47,835 nt of DNA from Eubacteriales bacterium. Its GTDB lineage: Bacteria > Bacillota > Clostridia > Oscillospirales > CAG-382. Position 1 is the first letter of the stretch, and every line of letters starts with the position of its first letter. This document shows, piece after piece, positions 1-8,819 of this stretch. Made by a program: the position numbers and the translations under genes. The stretch spans positions 1 to 47,835 of the forward strand of contig JAZSLN010000096.1 in assembly GCA_045535385.1 (NCBI GenBank), in the 5' to 3' direction. The notes under the pieces were generated by a model that saw only the letters and a program-made list of their open reading frames with translations, was not told where the DNA came from and did no database searches.

Positions 1-885
1 GGTGCAGGGTAAGTACGGCAGTATTTCCTACAAGACCAAGCAGAACAAGCCGCGTCCTAAAAGTCAATGGTATATTGTTGAGGGTACTCACGAACCCATC
101 ATCGACCGTGAGCTTTGGGACAGGGTGCAAAAGATGATAAAGGAACGTGCAAAACCTTTTGACGTTGGCACCATCGGTCTGTTTGCAAGGAAGGCTCGCT
201 GTGCCAACTGTGGATATGTGATGCGCTCATCGAAGAATCGAGGCAAGCACTATCTTCAGTGCTCCAACCGTCACGTGGCAAAGGATGCCTGCATCGGCTC
301 CTTCATCTCGGTTGACAAACTGGAGCAGATGGTCATTGACGAGCTGAACCAACTTTCCGAAGAGTATCTGAACAAGGATGATTTGGAAAGAAAGATTGAG
401 TTTTGCAACAATTTGCAAGCGCAGAAAGACAGTATCCTAAAAAACATTGCCACCTATGAAAAGCGTGTTGCAGAATTGTCCAAGGGTATTCGGGAACTGT
501 ATATGGATAAAGTCAAAGGATTGATCAGCGGGGCTGATTATACAGAGATGTCAAAAGACTTTATTGCTGACCGTGACCGCCTTGAAAAACTCACTTCGGA
601 CGGGCGTAAACAGATTGAAGAGATTGAGGTAAAAATTGAAGTCGGCGACAACCGCAGAGAGATCATTGAGCGTTACACAAACCTCAAACACCTCACAAGA
701 GAGATGGTTGAGATCCTCATTGACTACATCTCTGTAGGTAAGAGAATCCCCAAAACAAACGACGTTCCCATCGAAATTCACTGGAATTTTTGATATGTTG
801 CACTTATGAGATTGCAGCTACCAAAAAATGCCGATCCCGAAAACCCGCATAAATACTGGGTTTTTGGGCCTCGTTATTCTTACAC
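1..885. mobile_element. Right-hand end of an integrated element (prophage or intervening element) carrying the serine recombinase; the junction with the Mn-catalase fragment is estimated at about 800-885
   Basis: The recombinase gene is terminal and is followed within 13 nt by a gene fragment that lacks its 5' two thirds. Homology to CotJC/Mn catalase seems to begin near the codons for ..VAAEQKAR (about 884). The exact att site was not determined. Confidence 0.45.
2..793 (+). CDS. Large serine recombinase, C-terminal ~263 aa (5' end outside the window)
   Basis: The ORF is open from the window edge. A Cys-rich zinc-ribbon stretch (CANCGYVMRSSKNRGKHYLQCSNRH..C) is followed by a long coiled-coil-like segment and an ...IEIHWNF terminus. 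This is the usual layout of the C-terminal half of phage- or skin-type large serine recombinases. Confidence 0.85.
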   Translation: MQGKYGSISYKTKQNKPRPKSQWYIVEGTHEPIIDRELWDRVQKMIKERAKPFDVGTIGLFARKARCANCGYVMRSSKNRGKHYLQCSNRHVAKDACIGSFISVDKLEQMVIDELNQLSEEYLNKDDLERKIEFCNNLQAQKDSILKNIATYEKRVAELSKGIRELYMDKVKGLISGADYTEMSKDFIADRDRLEKLTSDGRKQIEEIEVKIEVGDNRREIIERYTNLKHLTREMVEILIDYISVGKRIPKTNDVPIEIHWNF

Positions 886-1090
886 AGTTGCAGCAGAGCA
901 GAAAGCGCGCAAGACCTACGACAATATTCTTCGTTTCTGTGATGACCCCGACGTGGCCGACCCGATAAAATTCCTTCGTGAACGTGAAATCGTCCACTTC
1001 CAACGCTTCGGTGATGCGTTGCGGATTGTTCAGGATAACCTCGACTACAAGAACTTTTATGCTTATAACCCGAGTTTTGACAAGAGATAA
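806..1090 (+). pseudogene. cotJC: 3' fragment of a CotJC-type manganese catalase gene; only about the last 68 codons are homologous
   Basis: ...VAAEQKARKTYDNILRFCDDPDVADPIKFLREREIVHFQRFGDALRIVQ... parallels the C-terminus of B. subtilis CotJC as I recall it (..IAAEEKARATYQWLIDISDDPDLNDSLRFLREREIVHSMRF..). The N-terminal di-iron/Mn ligand region is absent from the window. Confidence 0.7.
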
Positions 1091-1101
1091 AATCGCATAA
1101 C

Positions 1102-1133
1102 AAAAGGGAGCTTTTTGAAAAAAGCTCCCTTTT
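1102..1133 (+). terminator. Intrinsic terminator after the catalase fragment
   Basis: Near-perfect hairpin aaaagggagc-tttttgaaaaaa-gctccctttt with a T-run. Confidence 0.7.
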
Positions 1134-1176
1134 AATCCCTCAAAAACTTTTTATCTGTTTGAATAATCCCAATTAG

Positions 1177-1509
1177 TCAATACAATATCATAATTAGCAA
1201 TATGATACCAAAAGAAAAGAAAATCGAGGGGACTCCATAAGCATCGCTTTTCTTTATTCGGTGCCAATAAATGTGCTTTGGTGTCATTTTTTCATGGTAA
1301 GCGTTTTGGTATGAGCAATAAATATGCTTCCACTTACATTTGTATCCAACGAATGACCAGATAGAAAAGATAAAGAAAGCGGCGCAAAAAATACAACCCG
1401 CTGATTCTGCCCAAATCGCACTACACGCAATCGTAGCAACAATCCAGCCATATCGATGAAAATAAGCCAATAAATATATCATATCGTTGGAGTCATTCGA
1501 TTTGCTCAT
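1177..1509 (-). CDS. Small hypothetical membrane protein (~110 aa, about 3 TM segments)
   Basis: ORF with hydrophobic segments. An internal ATG at 1509 is preceded by aggaaaggg (RBS-like). No family recognised. Confidence 0.45.
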   Translation of the reverse strand: MSKSNDSNDMIYLLAYFHRYGWIVATIACSAIWAESAGCIFCAAFFIFSIWSFVGYKCKWKHIYCSYQNAYHEKMTPKHIYWHRIKKSDAYGVPSIFFSFGIILLIMILY

Positions 1510-1601
1510 TACTATATTACCCTTTCCTCGTTTACCAAATTTATTATACCACAAAACCCCTTACATTTCAACAACTTTCGTCCATCTGTTTGAACTGGCA
1601 A

Positions 1602-1676
1602 TTTCGGCGATGCGTTGCATATTGTTCAGGATAACTTGGACTACAAGAACTTTTATGCTTATAACCCGAGTTTTGA
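1602..1676 (+). repeat. Second, shorter copy of the Mn-catalase 3' end (direct repeat of 1006..1080)
   Basis: About 69 of 75 nt are identical to 1006..1080 by my count. In the catalase frame it reads FGDALHIVQDNLDYKNFYAYNPSFDK. Confidence 0.85.
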
Positions 1677-1770
1677 TAAAAAGCAGGCTATAACTTTTTC
1701 AAGCAAATGTCTTGCAAGAAAAACGGAAACGAGTATAATGATTATGAATTAATTGTTTTGAGGTGTTTTA

Positions 1771-2280
1771 ATGTCAAGGCTCGGAAAAATCGTCCTTCAG
1801 ATTCTGGTGTTGGTTCTGATTGCCGTTCTTGCGGTATATTCTTTTATTTCGGAAAGCGCAAGCATTTCGAATTACGAAAAAGAACGCGATGATTATTACA
1901 GACGTAAAGAAAACGCCGTAACCGTTGTTGCCGTGTACGAACAATCCTTTACCGGTGTAGATGAAAAAGTCAATTGGAATATGGGCGCAGGGGACGACGT
2001 AAACAAAGAGGTTGAAAAAACCGTTTACAGCACAAACAAATATACATATACATATAACGGCAAGGAATACAGTTATGCCGTTCGCACTGCTTCAACAGTT
2101 CGACTTCCCGAGGGAACGACAATGGACTTGCTCATCGACCCTAACGATCCGGAAACGGTGTTTGAGGATTATTATCCCGAAAGCCGACCCGACCGCATCT
2201 ATACCTGGGTTTTTTCGATATTGTTTTTCGCCGTGCTTGTTCTTTGGGTTATACTGGCATTCGTACAACGGAAAGAATAA
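1771..2280 (+). CDS. Hypothetical membrane protein with N- and C-terminal TM helices (DUF3592-like topology)
   Basis: gaggtg RBS before the ATG. TM helix at residues ~7-27 and at the C-terminus (IYTWVFSILFFAVLVLWVILAFV). The family call is tentative. Confidence 0.5.
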   Translation: MSRLGKIVLQILVLVLIAVLAVYSFISESASISNYEKERDDYYRRKENAVTVVAVYEQSFTGVDEKVNWNMGAGDDVNKEVEKTVYSTNKYTYTYNGKEYSYAVRTASTVRLPEGTTMDLLIDPNDPETVFEDYYPESRPDRIYTWVFSILFFAVLVLWVILAFVQRKE

Positions 2281-2289
2281 CAAAAGAAA

Positions 2290-2660
2290 AACAGGTGTGT
2301 TTTTTCAAGTCTTGGGGCCCGCAAAAAAAGATTTTGCGGAGTAGCTCACTGTCTCCTTTTTTCCAAAAATGCAAGCATTTTCGGGTTGATAGCGACTGTC
2401 CGTTCGCAAAGCTATTATGGAAAAGGTTGTTATATGTTTTAACTTTACTTTTTCCGTACTGTAGGGTATTGCGTCCTCGCCTGTCCCTACAATATGCGTA
2501 CAAAAATCATACGCAACAATTAAGTAGAAGTGAGCGCGTGGCAGAGTGGATGCAGAATAAGAAATCGGAACCTCTCGACGTACAATTGTACGCCTTCGGG
2601 TTCCGATTTTTTATAGCAAAAAATTCAATTGTTCCTTATAAAGACAAACCCTTATAAGTT
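2290..2660. repeat. Intergenic block of the dispersed modular repeat family (inverted relative to the 34.2 kb copies)
   Basis: gtgagcgcgtggcagagtggatgcagaat is the reverse complement of the ..attctgcatccactctgctacgcgctc.. motif at 34668-34700. The block also has a two-tier hairpin at 2562-2609, a GTAGGG..CCCTAC hairpin at 2461-2492 and acaaaccctt at 2645-2654. Confidence 0.8.
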
Positions 2661-2740
2661 AACTTTCATATCAATATAAACACACTAATAGGTATTTATT
2701 AATGATTTTTTGCGGTCTGCGCCGCTATGCCCAGCGCGAC

Positions 2741-3460
2741 TTAAGGAAGCTCGGGGGCGGGATTAATAACCGCATCCTCCATCTTCAATTCAAAGTGCAG
2801 ATGCGACGGATCGGCATTTTCAACCCTTGCGGTCGTTCCGATTTCTCCGATAACCTGTCCTGCCTTGATCTCGTTGCCGACAGCGATGTTTTCGGCAAGC
2901 TCGGGCGCGAGGTTCATATAATAGGAAACTACACCCTTATCGTGGGTTATCGCGACGGTTGTTCCGTAAAAATAGTCGTCCTTTATAAGCGAAACAACAC
3001 CGTCGGTATACGCTACGACCTTTGTTCCGACCGAGGCGGCTATATCGATTCCCGAATGGACACGGTAATCCTGCATAGTCTCCGAGAACACGAGCGCATC
3101 CATACTGAACTCTTTGATGATTTCGCCCGAGACGGGTGAGTAGTAGGAGGGCGTCTGTTCAACGTCGGCATCAACACCGCTTTCATCGGTGCCTACGGGA
3201 GCTTCGGACGGAACATCATCGGGTGTGATCACGATTTGAGGTACCGACACCTCACCCGTACCGATGTTTAATTCGGGAAGCGATACCGAGGAAAGCGTAT
3301 CCTCGTAATCGTAGGAAATACTGAAAATGCCTACGGTTGCCGTTATAACAACAGCTATCGCGAGCCCGAGATAGATAAACGCCGAGAAGTTTGCGACACG
3401 CTTTGTCAGCGGTTCTTTTGCGGTTTCTTCGTTGATTTTATTTTCTTGATTTTCGTTCAT
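2741..3460 (-). CDS. spoIIQ: Membrane-anchored M23/LytM peptidase-domain protein, probable SpoIIQ equivalent
   Basis: N-terminal TM segment (VANFSAFIYLGLAIAVVITATVGIF). The LytM motifs are intact (HSGIDIAA ... PSHLHFEL). The gene lies immediately downstream of spoIID, as in Clostridioides difficile. Confidence 0.6.
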   Translation of the reverse strand: MNENQENKINEETAKEPLTKRVANFSAFIYLGLAIAVVITATVGIFSISYDYEDTLSSVSLPELNIGTGEVSVPQIVITPDDVPSEAPVGTDESGVDADVEQTPSYYSPVSGEIIKEFSMDALVFSETMQDYRVHSGIDIAASVGTKVVAYTDGVVSLIKDDYFYGTTVAITHDKGVVSYYMNLAPELAENIAVGNEIKAGQVIGEIGTTARVENADPSHLHFELKMEDAVINPAPELP

Positions 3461-3526
3461 AGGTTTTCCCCCTGAAAAGTGTTATTGTCGATTATATAAT
3501 GCACTTATCGGGGGATTTTTATTCGG

Positions 3527-4366
3527 TTATAAGTATATTTTCTTCATTTCGAGCTTCGGAAAATAAAATTTTAATATTTCGCTGTATTTATATCCTTTCG
3601 ATTCCATCCGCTCGGCACCGCAAAGATTTAATCCGTAACAATGACCTACGCCGAAAGAGACTGCACGGACAAATTCGCCCTCGAACGTTAAAACGAGCTC
3701 GGGGGATTTAAGACCGAGAAGCGAAACAAGCTCGTCCGTCTCGGTCGCTCTGCCGCCCAGAATACCGAGGGCGCATTTTTTATTCTCGCCGTATACGATA
3801 CAAGAGTTCTCCTCCGCACCGTAACCGAGAACGGACAACGGGATAAGCCTCTCGGTTTTATGTATTTCGCAGCTTTCGGACTCGGAAACCGCGGTAAGAT
3901 AAGGGATATCGTCGTTTGAGCGCGTACCGCTCCCCGCACATCGTGTAAAGAGAGCAAGCGCGGTCTCATTTCCGTCGGTAAGCACAGCCGCATGGGTTTC
4001 GTCAACTGCCGTTTGACATTCGTCCACGAACGTTTGACTTAAGCCTTCGGGCTCGGCAAGCGGAAAACAGCAATTTTTATCGGTACAGAAGGAGAAGCCT
4101 TCGTGTTTAAGCCCATAAGAGGAGGCATGTACGGCAACCGAGCGCACAGAAACGGCGAGCGCCTTTTTCGTTTCGGGAGGAAGACCCTCCCCTTCGGCGA
4201 GAAGGACCCGCAAAGTATACTCCTCGACACCCATCTCGGTCAGCTCTCCGTCAACGCTGAGCGTTACGACCGGAGTCTTCTTAGCCACGGCGGTTTTAGA
4301 GGCGGCTATCGGAAGAAGCGCGAAGGCGAGCAGAATGGCAAAAAAATAAAGTAACCAGTTTTTCAT
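3527..4366 (-). CDS. spoIID: Stage II sporulation protein D (SpoIID/LytB-domain lytic transglycosylase)
   Basis: The signal/TM start MKNWLLYFFAILLAF uses the internal ATG at 4366; the ORF itself extends to 4411. The C-terminal motif GHCYGLNLCGAERMESKGYKYSEILKFYFP resembles GHGVGMSQYGA..M...G..Y..IL.HYY of SpoIID. Confidence 0.8.
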   Translation of the reverse strand: MKNWLLYFFAILLAFALLPIAASKTAVAKKTPVVTLSVDGELTEMGVEEYTLRVLLAEGEGLPPETKKALAVSVRSVAVHASSYGLKHEGFSFCTDKNCCFPLAEPEGLSQTFVDECQTAVDETHAAVLTDGNETALALFTRCAGSGTRSNDDIPYLTAVSESESCEIHKTERLIPLSVLGYGAEENSCIVYGENKKCALGILGGRATETDELVSLLGLKSPELVLTFEGEFVRAVSFGVGHCYGLNLCGAERMESKGYKYSEILKFYFPKLEMKKIYL

Positions 4367-4425
4367 ATCAAACGTCCTTTTAATACAAACGGTTACTTTA
4401 TTAATATTCAATTATCCGAAAAATA

Positions 4426-5256
4426 TTACTCGGCAGCGAGAGCCTCTTCGGCAACGGCTTGTTTTTCTAACTTAGCCGAAATAATACGGGTGCTTATATA
4501 GATCGCAATACCGATATCCACCGCGGAAAAAGCGGAGCTGTAATCAAAAACAAAAACACCGAAGCAATGTAAAATAAGATTCGGCACTGCATAAACGAGA
4601 AGGCAGAAGATCGAGAGATAGCCGAAAAGGAGGTAGACGCGCGAGAAGCAATCGGAAACGTAGGATTTACCCTCGCACAGGAAATAAAGAAGCGCGGCAG
4701 AGAGGCCGAGAATATGATAGGCGCCGCTCGAAGCAAGGGGTGTCGCGCTGGCAGAGATAAAGTCCGAAAGAAGTCGAAACGCCGAAAAAACTATCGGGAA
4801 AACCGTCAACAGAGCGAGAGTATTCTTAGAGGTTTCGGCAGAATTGCTCCTAAAGCCGAGAATGAGGAAGGCTACCGAGCTTAACACGGCGAAGCTCATA
4901 ACCAAATTAATCATTAAACCGCCGTCGGCCTTTTCCCTTGCGGCGGAAACGAGATAAATTATCGCCGTACCGAAAAGCAAGAACCCGAGTATGACCGAAG
5001 CGGGGCCTACTCCGCCCTTATGGTCGAGAACAACGATACGTTTTCCCGAAGCTAACGCCATAAAAGCGATAAAAAGCGCGAAAAGAACGGCAACCACCGC
5101 AAAAGCGATAACGGCAAAGTTGCCGTCGGGGAGATAATAAGTGTCGCTTTCGACGCTGTTTTTTTCCATAGTATATGATATAAGAACCGTTCTGAGCGCG
5201 GACAGAATAAGTCCGATGCCGAAAACAAGTCCAGTCTGTTTTTTCAGAGAACCCAT
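4426..5256 (-). CDS. Hypothetical polytopic membrane protein (about 8 TM segments)
   Basis: ggagga RBS and hydrophobic segments throughout. No family recognised. Confidence 0.6.
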   Translation of the reverse strand: MGSLKKQTGLVFGIGLILSALRTVLISYTMEKNSVESDTYYLPDGNFAVIAFAVVAVLFALFIAFMALASGKRIVVLDHKGGVGPASVILGFLLFGTAIIYLVSAAREKADGGLMINLVMSFAVLSSVAFLILGFRSNSAETSKNTLALLTVFPIVFSAFRLLSDFISASATPLASSGAYHILGLSAALLYFLCEGKSYVSDCFSRVYLLFGYLSIFCLLVYAVPNLILHCFGVFVFDYSSAFSAVDIGIAIYISTRIISAKLEKQAVAEEALAAE

Positions 5257-5373
5257 AAAAATCCTCCATCGTGAAGAATTATGAATTTATTTGTTTATTA
5301 TAATTAATCAGCCGCGTTTTGTAAAGTACATATAATATTTTTTACATTTTTTTAATATTATATAAGCCCAAAA

Positions 5374-6531
5374 TCAAGCGTAATCGCGGTCTATTTTAAT
5401 AACACAGCGATAATTCGGGTCGACCGCGGTGAGCGCGGTAGAAACGGCGAGCTTTATAGAATCGGGGTCAATCTTACTGTCGGCGGGAACGGCGATATCG
5501 AATACGATATTCGTATGGGTCTGACCGGGGACCAGCCTTATATCGTGAGCCTTTAATCCCTCTCCGAGCGAATCCAAAAGCTCCTTGACGACGTTTTTGA
5601 TCTTCATAATGCGTTCGTCTTTTGTGTTTATCGGGTCCATATGTATAACAGTTTCTATGCCGAAACGGTCGAATATCTCGATTTCGATATTATCGATAAC
5701 GTCGTGTATAAAGAGAATATCCTCGTCCATCGGAACCTCGGCGTGCATCGAAAGAAAACGCCGTCCGGGGCCATAGTCGTGGAGAATAAGATCGTGGACA
5801 CCGGTTATCGGCTCCTTCGACAAAACCAGCCTTTCGAGCTCGTCAACCAGCTCCTTTTCGGGGCGCTGACCCAATAAAGGCTCGATGGTTTCCTTTGCGG
5901 CACGGTAGCCCGCGACAAGTATGAAGAGCGCAACCGCAAGACCGACGTAGCCGTCGATAAGGAAGCCTGTATAATGCGAAACGATGAGCGACGCGAGAAC
6001 CGCCGTAGTCGCCGCGCTGTCGCCGAGCGAATCGAGCGCGGTCGCCTTCATAGCCGCCGAGCCGATCTTCTTGCCGATACGGTTATTGTAAAAGAACATA
6101 TACAGCTTCACGAGGATAGACAGAGCGAGAATCACAACAGTAACTACACTTAATTCAGTGGGCTCGGGGTTAAGTATAGCCGAAAAGGACGAGCCGAGAA
6201 GCTCGAAGCCCATAACGAAAATAAGCATAGCGACGATAAGACCGGTTATGTATTCGATCCTTCCGTGTCCGAAGGGATGCTCGGGGTCGGGCTTTTTGCT
6301 CGCAAGGCGGAAGCCTATCATCGTAACAGCCGAGCTTCCCGCATCGGAGATATTGTTAAAAGCATCGGCGGTAACCGCAACCGAGCCGCTTAACATACCG
6401 ACGAAAAGCTTGAGCGCAAAAAGCAAAACGTTAAGAAAAATGCCGCAGCCTCCGCAAAGGATACCGTATTTCCCGCGCGCTTCCTCGCTGTCGGGGTTCT
6501 TTATAAAAATCTTCGCAAGAATCGTAACCAT
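5374..6531 (-). CDS. Cation diffusion facilitator (CDF) family metal efflux transporter
   Basis: Six TM segments, the HPFGHGRIEY motif, and a C-terminal cytoplasmic domain (..HDLILHDYGPGRRFLSMHAEV..). Confidence 0.85.
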   Translation of the reverse strand: MVTILAKIFIKNPDSEEARGKYGILCGGCGIFLNVLLFALKLFVGMLSGSVAVTADAFNNISDAGSSAVTMIGFRLASKKPDPEHPFGHGRIEYITGLIVAMLIFVMGFELLGSSFSAILNPEPTELSVVTVVILALSILVKLYMFFYNNRIGKKIGSAAMKATALDSLGDSAATTAVLASLIVSHYTGFLIDGYVGLAVALFILVAGYRAAKETIEPLLGQRPEKELVDELERLVLSKEPITGVHDLILHDYGPGRRFLSMHAEVPMDEDILFIHDVIDNIEIEIFDRFGIETVIHMDPINTKDERIMKIKNVVKELLDSLGEGLKAHDIRLVPGQTHTNIVFDIAVPADSKIDPDSIKLAVSTALTAVDPNYRCVIKIDRDYA

Positions 6532-6545
6532 TGTAAGCTTCCTTT

Positions 6546-7022
6546 TTAATAAGTTATTTCCGCAAACTCGAAGGGGATCGCCTTTTTGAGCTCGTCAACG
6601 CTCATCTCTACCTGACGTCCTATCTTCCCCGCCGAAAAAATAATCGTGTCCTTGGTCTTAGCGGTCGAATCGATAACCGTCGTAAACAGCTTTTTCATTC
6701 CTATCGGCGAGCAGCCGCCGTGGACGTAACCGGTAAGAGGCAAAAGCTCGGCTTGCTTTATCATCGAGACCGATTTTTCGCCGACGCTTGCCGCCGCCGA
6801 TTTCAAATTAAGCTCCTTCCCGACGGGAATCACAAAAACATAATTCTTCTTCGAAGGAGCAACGGTAACGAGAGTCTTAAAAACCTTCGTTTCGTCCTGA
6901 CCGAGCTGACGCGCTATCTCGAGTCCGCTCAACGCGCGCTCTGTTTCATAAGCATAAGCGACATATTCCGCACCGACGCGGTCGAGAATCCGCATAGCGT
7001 TTGTTTTATCATCCTTTTTCAT
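6546..7022 (-). CDS. ybaK: Cys-tRNA(Pro)/Cys-tRNA(Cys) deacylase YbaK
   Basis: 158 aa with TNAMRILD..., KTL..., TGYVHGGCSPIG and IIFSAGKIG, collinear with E. coli YbaK. Confidence 0.85.
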   Translation of the reverse strand: MKKDDKTNAMRILDRVGAEYVAYAYETERALSGLEIARQLGQDETKVFKTLVTVAPSKKNYVFVIPVGKELNLKSAAASVGEKSVSMIKQAELLPLTGYVHGGCSPIGMKKLFTTVIDSTAKTKDTIIFSAGKIGRQVEMSVDELKKAIPFEFAEITY

Positions 7023-7118
7023 TTTCGACCACCCTCGGATCAGAATATTGTTACTCTATGAATTATATCCTCTCGAACCCCTCGTTGTCAATAAAACTAA
7101 AAAAATTCGTCGTTTCTA

Positions 7119-7147
7119 TTGCAATAGTCGCAAAATAATAGTATAAT
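7119..7147 (+). promoter_or_regulatory. SigA-type promoter (TTGCAA-17 nt-TATAAT)
   Basis: -35 at 7119-7124 and -10 at 7142-7147 with a 17-nt spacer, about 40 nt upstream of the 7189 start. Confidence 0.55.
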
Positions 7148-7188
7148 AGTTTAACGCATTAAAGTAAAAAAGCATGGAGGTGCGCCAA

Positions 7189-8802
7189 ATGAATGAGGTT
7201 TATAATTATTACGGTGATTTTTCGATCGACAAAACCGAAAATCCCGATTTCATAAAGAGCGACGAGAGGGAAAATCTTCTTCTCGGACTGCCCCAAAAAA
7301 TCAAGAATTACGAAACGCTCGGAAACGACCGTATGACCGATTGGTTTAACACACCCGCCTCCTCTCCTACGCTTACCGACGGCAAGTTCGCGTCGCTCCC
7401 CCAATGCTTCGACCCCGCTTGGTTCCATTTTACCGACGGCACGGTCAGAAGCGTTATGTATGACCTCGGCGGATTATGCTCCGTTGACGGTGTTCGCGTC
7501 GGGGTTTTGAAGGAGGATTCGACAGCGGTATGGCCTCCCGCAAGAGTTTGTGTGCTTCTTTCCGAAAACGGCGACGATTGGCAAACGGTTTGCGAACTCA
7601 CGGGATTCACGTCCCCCGAATCGAGCGCTATCATCCGCAAGGAAGCCGATTTCGGCAAAAAATACCGCGCGCGTTACGTTAAATTCGATTTTACCATCAT
7701 CTGCCACGTTTTTATCGACGAATTTGAGCTTTTCGGATGCCGCAACGGTGATTTCGGAGAAGCTATCGTTCCCGACAAGGCGTGCGAATCGGATTTCCCC
7801 GACAAATTCGCATCGACCGAGCAACTGGGTGCGAAGGACGTGCTTTTGGCATATATCTGTCACGAAAACGTCGCGCCGATAACTAAGGAGCTTTTCCTGC
7901 CCCACGTTGCGTATATGCAGGGAGATGAGATAAAGGACACCCTTTTCGACAGCTACCTGTTCCTTCCCTACGTTGCCTTCCTTTACGAAGGCTATAAAAA
8001 GCGTCCGCTTCAAAAGAAGGATTGGCAGCATTATATCGATACCCAGTTCCTGAGCGGATACAATATGGATGCGCTCGAGGAAGCCGCCAAGGAGGTCGGA
8101 GAAAAGCTCGGAATAAAGGATTTCAAGGTCAGCGTATTTATGTCCATCCTCTACCCCGTAGTCGACGTTCGTGAGTTTGGCGAGGTAGACGGACGCAACC
8201 TCGATTTCCAAAACGTCGAGGACCGCAAGACCGCGCTTAAATGGCTCATCGACGAACAGTTAAAGGGCTTTTACGATAAAAAATACGAGCATATCACCTT
8301 AAACGGCTTTTATTGGTTCACCGAGGAGATAAATTATGCCGACGAACAGCTCCTCGCGCTTTTGAAATTCACCACCGACTACGTCAGAAGCAAAGGACTT
8401 ATAACCACGTGGATCCCCTATTTCCACGCAACCGGCTTCAACGATTGGCGCCATCTCGGATTCGATATTGCCTGCTACCAACCGAACTACGCCTTCAACC
8501 AAAGCGTACCCGACCAGCGTCTTTTCGATGCGGCGGCGACAGCGAAGCTTTTGGGAATGTGTATCGAGCTTGAGATCGGCGGCACCGAGGATTGGCATAT
8601 AGAGCGAATCAAAAAATATTATGCCGCCGGAGCGAAAACAGGCTATATGAAGGATGCCGCACATATGTACTATCAGGGCGGTCTCCCCGGCGAATATTAC
8701 AAAGCGTACAAGTCCGACGACCCGAAGCTCCATTCGGTCTACGACGACACCTACCGTTTTATAAAAGGCACCTTTAACGCCGACGAAATAGAATTTAATT
8801 GA
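7189..8802 (+). CDS. Cytoplasmic protein with an N-terminal discoidin (F5/8 type C)-like domain and an uncharacterised C-terminal domain (possibly DUF4855)
   Basis: GGAGG lies 8 nt before the ATG at 7189; the ORF also opens at 7174. No signal peptide. The discoidin-like pattern is LTDGKF...WF.F...LLSENGDDWQTV..ARYVKFDF...FIDEFELFG. The DUF4855 label is from memory only. Confidence 0.55.
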   Translation: MNEVYNYYGDFSIDKTENPDFIKSDERENLLLGLPQKIKNYETLGNDRMTDWFNTPASSPTLTDGKFASLPQCFDPAWFHFTDGTVRSVMYDLGGLCSVDGVRVGVLKEDSTAVWPPARVCVLLSENGDDWQTVCELTGFTSPESSAIIRKEADFGKKYRARYVKFDFTIICHVFIDEFELFGCRNGDFGEAIVPDKACESDFPDKFASTEQLGAKDVLLAYICHENVAPITKELFLPHVAYMQGDEIKDTLFDSYLFLPYVAFLYEGYKKRPLQKKDWQHYIDTQFLSGYNMDALEEAAKEVGEKLGIKDFKVSVFMSILYPVVDVREFGEVDGRNLDFQNVEDRKTALKWLIDEQLKGFYDKKYEHITLNGFYWFTEEINYADEQLLALLKFTTDYVRSKGLITTWIPYFHATGFNDWRHLGFDIACYQPNYAFNQSVPDQRLFDAAATAKLLGMCIELEIGGTEDWHIERIKKYYAAGAKTGYMKDAAHMYYQGGLPGEYYKAYKSDDPKLHSVYDDTYRFIKGTFNADEIEFN

Positions 8803-8819
8803 ATCAAGGAGAGATAAAA

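Noticed and set aside
2244-2657. ORFs lying in intergenic repeat blocks (2244-2657, 27922-28479, 29687-29971, 34193-34393, 1487-1693).
   Set aside because: They translate the dispersed repeat modules. The same peptide strings (for example EPLDV.LYAFG) arise wherever the hairpin occurs, in either context. There is no RBS and the ORFs overlap terminator hairpins.
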